DNA of 64,000 bases from the human T2T-CHM13v2.0 reference genome, Homo sapiens, in the NCBI RefSeq assembly GCF_009914755.1, contig NC_060932.1; one strand, 5' to 3'. The position numbers and the translations under genes were made by a program. A model generated the notes under the pieces. It saw only the letters and a list, made by a program, of their open reading frames with translations. It was not told where the DNA came from and did not search any database. Shown piece by piece: positions 56,534-64,000 of the stretch; positions within the stretch are counted from its first letter, which is position 1, and the number at the start of each line of letters is the position of its first letter.

Positions 56534-59500
56534 GTAAGTTTGCCTTTTTGTTCCAATTATCCTGACCTGTGTGGAAGATGAAGACAATTTCACACTTATC
56601 TGAAGTCACATGGAAAATTTCCCCTGCTGGTTTCCTAGTACAACACTAGTGATTGTGTCAGATTAACTCCAAAGGTCAGAAAAGAAGCTTCCTGAATGTA
56701 AACAGGTCAGACCCAGGAAGCTTCATTATAAGCGGCAGAGATTGGAGGCTCAGGTCATCCTGATATTTAAATATTCAGATTACTTTCTTCAGAAAATATC
56801 TAGCAGTCTAGTCAATAGCATGAAAAAAAAAATTCCAGATTATTCAGTAAAAAGAGCAGTTTGCCAAATTTAATATATAATATCCCAATTTTAGTTTTCT
56901 ATGTGCGTGCATAGGCAAAAAAATTACACAGATATGCTGGAAATTTTTGACAGTATTTATCTTAGTCTTATGGAAACATGGTTTTCTGTGCTTCTGAATT
57001 TTATGAAACAAATGATAAGTATTATAAAATGTATTTTATAAAAATTACTTCATAAAATGTAAAAATCTGGGGACCTATAAAGGAAAAGTATTATTATTTT
57101 TGTCTCTCTTTTTACATTTTCTTGATTTTTTTTCTAAAGCATCAAAAAATACTACTTAGGCCCTGATCTTCCAGAGAGTCTTACTTTTTCAGTGTTTGTA
57201 TTTGAGCTCTGCCACTTAGCAGTGTGACTTTGGGCAAGTCTCACTTTCTCCATCAGTTCAGTGAAAATGATGCTTATCCCATGCAGTTGTTAGAAGAATT
57301 AAGATAATATCATCAGAGTGTTTTGTAACCTGAAAGTGATACAATCATGTAAAGTTTAATTGTCAAAGTTGTATTCACATATTTAATATATATGAAAAAT
57401 ATGTGAGCTTGGTTTTTTCCCTAATAGCCAAAATTAGCCTGAAATAATTAAATTGCTTTTAGAAAGAAAATAATTCTCATCATTTTTGTAGACCAAACTA
57501 AGTTTATTGTATTTTCTGTTTGTTTGTCTGTTTGGATTTTTGTTGTTGTTCGTTTTTCTCTTGTACGGAATGGGAATGTGACGTCCACCACATCTCTGTA
57601 GTGTGTGATGTTATTGAAATTTTTCACAATTTTTTTCTTTATTAAATAATTTTTTTAAGGAGTTGGCATACAGAATAATAAGAATTATGGAGAGGTAGAG
57701 GGTCAATCCTCAGGTGCTATTCAGAGTTAATTAACAGGAAATACTGTACAATTTTATGTTTATTGTCATTTTTTCAAAGCTTCCATAGCTTTATCAGACT
57801 GTAAAAGGAATTGTGACCCAGAAAGGCCCAGATCACTATCCGACAGGAACTTTCCTACTTGGCCTTTGAGATCTTCTCTTATCTGGCTGATGCTCCACCA
57901 GACCTGATTTTTTTCTATTTCCATGGGAAGACCCTGCTATAGATAAGCCAGTCTTCTCACGTCTCTAAGAGCACATTTCATTGTTCCCAAATCGCTTCCC
58001 CCTAACCTTTGTTTTCACCCCCTTGGAATTCATTTATTTTCTCATATGGCAGCATATATGGAACATGAGCTCCATACTGGACACAACAGAGGCACTGGTC
58101 ATACAAAGACTGATAAGACATGGAACCCGGTATTCAAATACCGCAAAACCGAATGGAGGTGACAGCCCCATGACACACAACTTTGCTATTGCCTGTATCT
58201 TTGCATGAAGAAACCATACCCGTCCTTCAGAACTCAGCCCCATGCCCTCTCTTCCATGATGTCCTCACCAGTTAAATCAGGCTGTGATCCTCCACCCTCT
58301 CTAAAGAGCATGCTTGGTTTATATTTCCTCATTTTAGTATTGGTATCATATGACACATATTGGTTGTAAGTTGCCATAAAAGCCAAGCATGTGCTTATCA
58401 CTTTCTGTAGATTATTTTATTGAATCCTCACAGCCATAAGAAGGTATCATCTACATTTTTAAAAAGGAAGAAATTTAAGCTTCAGGAGGTGAATTTCACA
58501 CTTATGTTGCTCATGTACCTTATAACTGGTAGAGCCCGGATTTGAACCGATTGACTTCAATCCAGAGTCTTTGATCTTAACCATGTTGTTATACTGTCAT
58601 TCTTTATATTACAGTGGCTCCTCCCTTAGATTAAAGGCTCTTTAAGAGCAGAAGCCTTTAATTTGTGTTACCTTGTATCCCAGAGAGTATCTCACACAAC
58701 ACTGAGCATTGTGATAACTGCCCCCTTCTCTTTCTCTACCCCGCCCCTGCACCAGATTCCTTCATGGAGAGAGTCTTTCACTTGTTTAGGTTCTGAATCT
58801 TCTTATACTCAGGTATTCCAAGTCAAGTCAGTATCATTATTTACTCAGATATATTTCCTGAACACCTGCTGTGTTGCAGATGGTAGGAAGACAGTGATTA
58901 AAGACATCATTGTTGTCCTTGCAAGTGCCACAGTCTACTGGGGAAATGGGCAAAGACCACGTCTGTAAAGCTCTGACAGAGATACATGTGCTTTCTAGGC
59001 ACATGGAAGGGAGATGTGTAACCCAGGCAAGTTGGTCAGAGGTAGCAGAAGGGGCCCATGGAGATATTAAGACCAATAGAAGATAACCACACAGGGCAGG
59101 TACTCTCAGAGCATCCATACTTCCGCTCTGCCCTTCACCCGCTTTGTGACCTTGAGTCAGTAAGTTAACCTCTCTAAACAAGAGTCTAAACTGCAGGTTC
59201 CCCACTTATAAAATAGACATAGTCTATATATATATTTATATATATATATGATATATAAAATATCATAGTCATGATACCTTAGTATTGCTGTGAAGATTAG
59301 AAGCATGCCTGGGACAAATAAAGGTGTTCACTCATTGGTTGCTATATGTAAATATTTGCAATTATAAGAAAACATGATCATTGAGGAAACTTCAGGTATA
59401 TTAGATAATTAGAGAAAGTAAGAGACCATGCTGGCTGGGTAGGACAAGGGACATGTAATGAAGGGTCTTGTAGGTTCTGCTAAGAAGCTCAAATTCAGTG

Positions 59501-61341
59501 CAACCATTTTCAAGTGTAGTATCCTCTTTGCCTTTAAGCTTGGCCTACTCCATTCCCTTGGGCAGATATAGTGCCTCATTTAGTCTGTGTTCCAAAAAGA
59601 ACTCTACAAGCTTCTGTTTCCACTGGTTAGTGATTTTACAGTGCCTTAAAAAATAGTTGCTCTCACTTTTTCATCCTCTTGTCCCCATCTCTTCACATAG
59701 TTATTTGACAGTGTAAGGGTTTAGTAAGTGAATGGTATTGTCACTGTGAGCAAGATGATTCCTAACAGGCAGTGTTAGGAACGGTTAGCCCAGACCCCAA
59801 AAAACCCACACAGTCATGTTAACGATACTATAATTTAGATAGTCTAGCTCCCTTGTTTAACTCAAAATGAAAGACTCTGGTCACTGTATACAGAGACAGG
59901 TTCCAGAATGTAAAACTAATGATTTGAAGAAAAAATAAAATTGTAGAGTCAAAAGTTAAATGAAAATATGAGACATTTTATAGAATATGTGACAAATTTA
60001 AGGAATAAAGTTTATTTTCTGTGCAAACAATATCTACTATTTATATTGATATTCAGTGTTTTGTAGGGACAGAAAGGAAAAAATCCATCATTATTTTAAA
60101 ATAACAGTCTATTTTATGCCTGATTCTGTTTCTATTTCTGATTGGGAAAGGCTACAGATCATTTTTCAATCTGAATTTCACCCTCCCTTATCGATGGAAA
60201 ATCCCGTCCAGTTGAAGTTGATTCTGACTGACATTCCTGTTTCAAAAATCTCAGTAATGTATTTCAGTGATTAGCATCCATTGCTGAAATCATTTTTCAG
60301 ATCTTAATGTGATGAGTCCTTCGGTGACTTTCAGGATAAAGCTCAGCCTCCTTGGCTCTGAACCTCAAGCCGTGTGTGATTCTGCTGCTGGCCTGCCCAG
60401 CCGCCTGGAGCACAGCATGCTCTGACCCCAGCCCACTGTGGTCCAGCCCTGATAGATTGAAAACCATCTAGAGCTTTTCTATCAGTGCCATTCTCTGCCT
60501 GAAGTAACAGTTCCGTACCCCACTCAAATAAATGCACACAAATGAATGAACACAACTCTTACCCAGCTCTTGGTCTAGCTAGCTGTTGCTGGCCTATCCA
60601 GACTTCCCAGTGGAGCTTGAAGCATCCCCTCACCCTGGAGGCCCTCCCTAGCCTGCCATCTTCGCAGCTCTACTATGGACCCTCATCTTGCTCTATGAAT
60701 TCTGCAATACAGCATCCTGAGATTGGCTGTTTACCCTCCTTTCCTCCCACCAGATTGTAAATATCTTTAGGGCAATTACCATGCCTTATGCCTAGTAAGT
60801 GGTAAATGAACAAGTCGTTGGATGTATGAGTGAATAAAGTGGATGTGGTAGCTCAGTGGCTGATAGTACAGGACAATGTACTAGGTCTTGTTTGGCCTTA
60901 TTCGATTAAATTAGTCATCCTTTCATTTGAGGAGAACTTACCAGGTTATTAAGTTCTGTCCTGTGTGTTTATCTCATTTGAACTGCTGCTGGCGGGATTT
61001 GTGTGTCTGCTGCCTAACACAGGTCCTAGTACCTAACAGACAGTCAAAACAAGGAGATAGAATAAACAAACAGGTACCATTGTGAAGTGTGCGGGGATGG
61101 TGGTGTTATCCTGAGGCTAGATTTCTGTTCTGCTTGTTGGTGGGTTTTTCTCCCTGACTGCAAGACTTGAAGTTCCTTAAAGATAGAAGAACCATGTCTT
61201 ATTGGACTTGTACTTCCAAATCCTAGCACACTGCCTGGCACATAGACATAGTGGGAACTGACAGGGTGTTCAGTGAGGAACGAATGAGTGAACAAATGAA
61301 CCTGTAATTCTTGAAACACTGACACTGAGCACTTTTCAGTA

Positions 61342-61764
61342 CAGACAGTCCCTACTACAATAGTTTGACTTAGAACATTTCCCCTTTACAGTGGTGGAAA
61401 TGTAGTACATGTTCAGTAGAAACTGTACTTCAGATTTTGAATATGTATCTTTTCTGCAGCTAGCCATAGTGGTATGATACTCTTGCCATGCCAGGCAATG
61501 GCAGTGAGCCATTTTGTTTTTCACTTTGAGTACAGCATTCAAAAATTACTTGAGATATCAAACTTTATTATAAAATAGGCCTTGTGTTCGATGATTCAGC
61601 CCAACCGTATGCTAATGTAAGTGTTTTGAGTATGTTTAAGGTAGGCTAAGCTAAGCTATGATGTTTGGTAGGTTAAGTGTATTGCATACATTTCCAACTT
61701 AATGTTTTTGACTTACAGTGGGTTTATGAGGACATAACCCCATCCTAAGATGAGGAGCATTTGT
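61342..61764 (-). mobile_element. MER47/Tigger5-like DNA transposon
   Basis: End GACTTACAGTGGGTTTATGAGGACATAACCCCATCCTAAGATGAGGAGCATTTG followed by TA. Confidence 0.75.
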
Positions 61765-63806
61765 ATTAATTTGTTTTCTTAGTGGAAGTGTGATATTTCT
61801 CTAACCATTAGATTTTTTTCAATGATAAATGCGAAGTTGGAAAACCAAAATATGCCCTTTATTTAGTCAGTAATACATGTGCTTGGTACAAAATATATAC
61901 ACACAATGGTGTTAATTCCCACCTTTACCCCCACACACCCACAGGTAACTATTTGTATTGATTTTCATGTATCTTTCCAGAGATAGTCTGTGCATAAGTA
62001 AAGCATTTTTTTAAATTATCACTATTTTTTACATAGAAAACAATATACCATTTTCTCCCCTTGTTTCACTTTGAAGTATGTCTTAGAGCTCATTTTCTGT
62101 TATTTTATACTAGAAAGCTACCTTTTTCTTTTTATTGGCTGAATATTTATATGAAAGAGCCATAATCCAAACAACTACTGACAGAGATGTAGTTAGTTTC
62201 TAATATTTTGCTCACATTAAAGGCAATGCAAGAAGCCATGTTTATAAACATCTGTGGAATGAATTTTTAAAGTAGACCTACTGGGCTTTTATAGATGTTT
62301 CCCATAGAGGTCATGGTGCATCTTCATATGCTTTTGTAAAAGAAACCTATCTAAATGCTACATGTATTCATTATGATCTATAAGATTAGCTCCTGTGGCC
62401 ACACCAGAAACTCATCTGCTCAAAAGTTGGTTTAAAATGGTCTTTTATACACAGCATGGCGTCTGGCATGTGGCAGGCTGGTTACCCTGTGTGATTTAGC
62501 GAAGAGATGCAGGGCGTGCTGGGTCCAGTAAGGACACCTCCTGGACACTCGTCTGTGTCTTATGGGGAGAGCTGAAAGTCCTGCGACCCTTCCTCAGACT
62601 CCTGCTGGTCTCCTCGCATTCCTGGAGCTTATTTACATCAGCAAGTGTATTGTTAAGGGCTGGCCCGTGGTGGGGCAGGCTTTGTGGAAAGTAAGGTGGC
62701 CACACCAGGGTAGCAGGAGAGGCCGACAGGCTCTCTGAGGAAACAGACAGGATCTCCTCTAGCACTCCCCTGCACGGGCTCATTGCCCACCCTCTCTTCT
62801 TCTCTGGTTATCCAGATCCTCCCATTTCTTCAAGATCTTTTATCTCTCTCAGCCAAAAGAGCCTTCTCTTCTCTCCGCATGAGAATCCTGGCTGAGAGGA
62901 CTGGATTGGCAGATGTCTCATTCTGACCTGCCGGTTGATGGGATGGTGCTGTGTAAATGTCCTTCATCCCTTGTATGCTCCTTGAGGGTCACAGGTGTGT
63001 CTGTCACATTTTATAAACCTGAAAGCATTCAGCACAAGCCATTCAAGAAATATTTATTGGTTAATTAAGGCAATGCCCTCATCAATAGATTTACTGTATT
63101 AGATGTTTAACTTTTTAGAGGATTCACCTTTAAATAACAGTTTGCATCTGATTCATCCTAGCAGTACTGATGCTTTATGCAGGTGACACTGAGACGCCCA
63201 CTGTGTCCCTGGCACTCTGCAGCAATAAAAGGCTAGAGAAGGGCAGGGATGGTGCAGAGGAGAAAGGGATGAACTTGCTCCGAGGACAAAGGAAGAAATA
63301 AAACCTGAATGGAGTTTTGAAAGTCGAAATCTTGCAAGCCAGGAAGGGAGGAGAAAATGTGAAGACATAATAAGCTAATACAGGTGGGAGAGGAGGGTGT
63401 CAACCAAGACATGAAATGGCGTCATGTGTTTTAGGAACGTATAAGCAGCTGCTGGAATATAACATGCTGGGAGAGAAATGAAAGAGATGCATCTGGAGAC
63501 AGAGGAAGGGGCTGGGTCCTATGGAGCCATCGGCGATGTCCTGAGTTGTTTTGAGCACACTTTGTGGTATCAAACACTTACCTAGGGCCTGGGACTTGTA
63601 TGACCAGAGTCGTGAGAAGTCAACATCACCACAATGGCCATTTCTCTGCTGCGATTGGGTTTTTTGTTTGTTTGTTTGTTTGTTTTTCTGATCACCAGCC
63701 AGTTTTTTAAATAACAGAGTTTTGTTTCGTATGACACATCAAAATAGGTTCTTTGGGGTTAGGTAATACAATTTAAAATATATCTGAAAGTTCAGTCTCT
63801 TATCAG

Positions 63807-64000
63807 GTGACAAGAATGCAAGGACTCTGCCAGGGTGGACCCCTAGGAACTCATAGGTTAATATTTGAGGTTTTATGTAAAACAAGGCATTGCCATGCTG
63901 AAATCACTCCATGAATATCATAATGGATAGTAGTGTAATCATCATTAAACCAGTTAATCATTTGTCTGTCTTTATTGAACACAAATATTTTATGTCCTTA
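63807..64000 (+). other. Possible further downstream/terminal exon
   Basis: ttcagtctcttatcAG|G acceptor; 35 open codons in phase 0 to TGA 63912-63914; ATTAAA at 63944. Confidence 0.3.

Noticed and set aside
56997-57060. AT-rich imperfect palindrome (TTATAAAAT-GT-ATTTTATAA core)
   Set aside because: Low complexity; expected by chance at this AT content
57786-57801. TAGCTTTATCAGACTG resembles miR-21-5p (TAGCTTATCAGACTG)
   Set aside because: Extra T in the seed, 3' part diverges and no precursor hairpin is evident; probably chance

Overview
Primate (human-like) genomic DNA, AT-rich and dense in Alu, L1, L2, MIR, LTR and DNA-transposon relics. The + strand carries the 3' end of KHDRBS3 (SLM2/T-STAR, a STAR-family KH RNA-binding protein). 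Its last three coding exons (14889-14971, 52995-53053, 54926-55017) splice in frame to the Tyr-rich tail ...[77 protein letters not shown], followed by a 3'UTR with poly(A) signals. The 38-kb penultimate intron holds a full-length antisense processed pseudogene of MAPRE1/EB1 with target-site duplications. The most interesting signal is a repeat-free 3' module: a candidate donor 58 nt after the stop codon, a dense UAAA/UUAA field (the STAR binding motif) and a near-perfect 59-nt exon downstream of the poly(A) site. This looks like an autoregulatory splicing/NMD or alternative C-terminus switch. Smaller oddities are a 29-bp templated insertion inside an Alu, a 39-bp fold-back hairpin in a Tigger3 element and a 34-bp VNTR. 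No prokaryotic-type system (CRISPR etc.) is present, and almost all ORFs in the track are spurious. Repeat subfamily names and boundaries are by eye and approximate.
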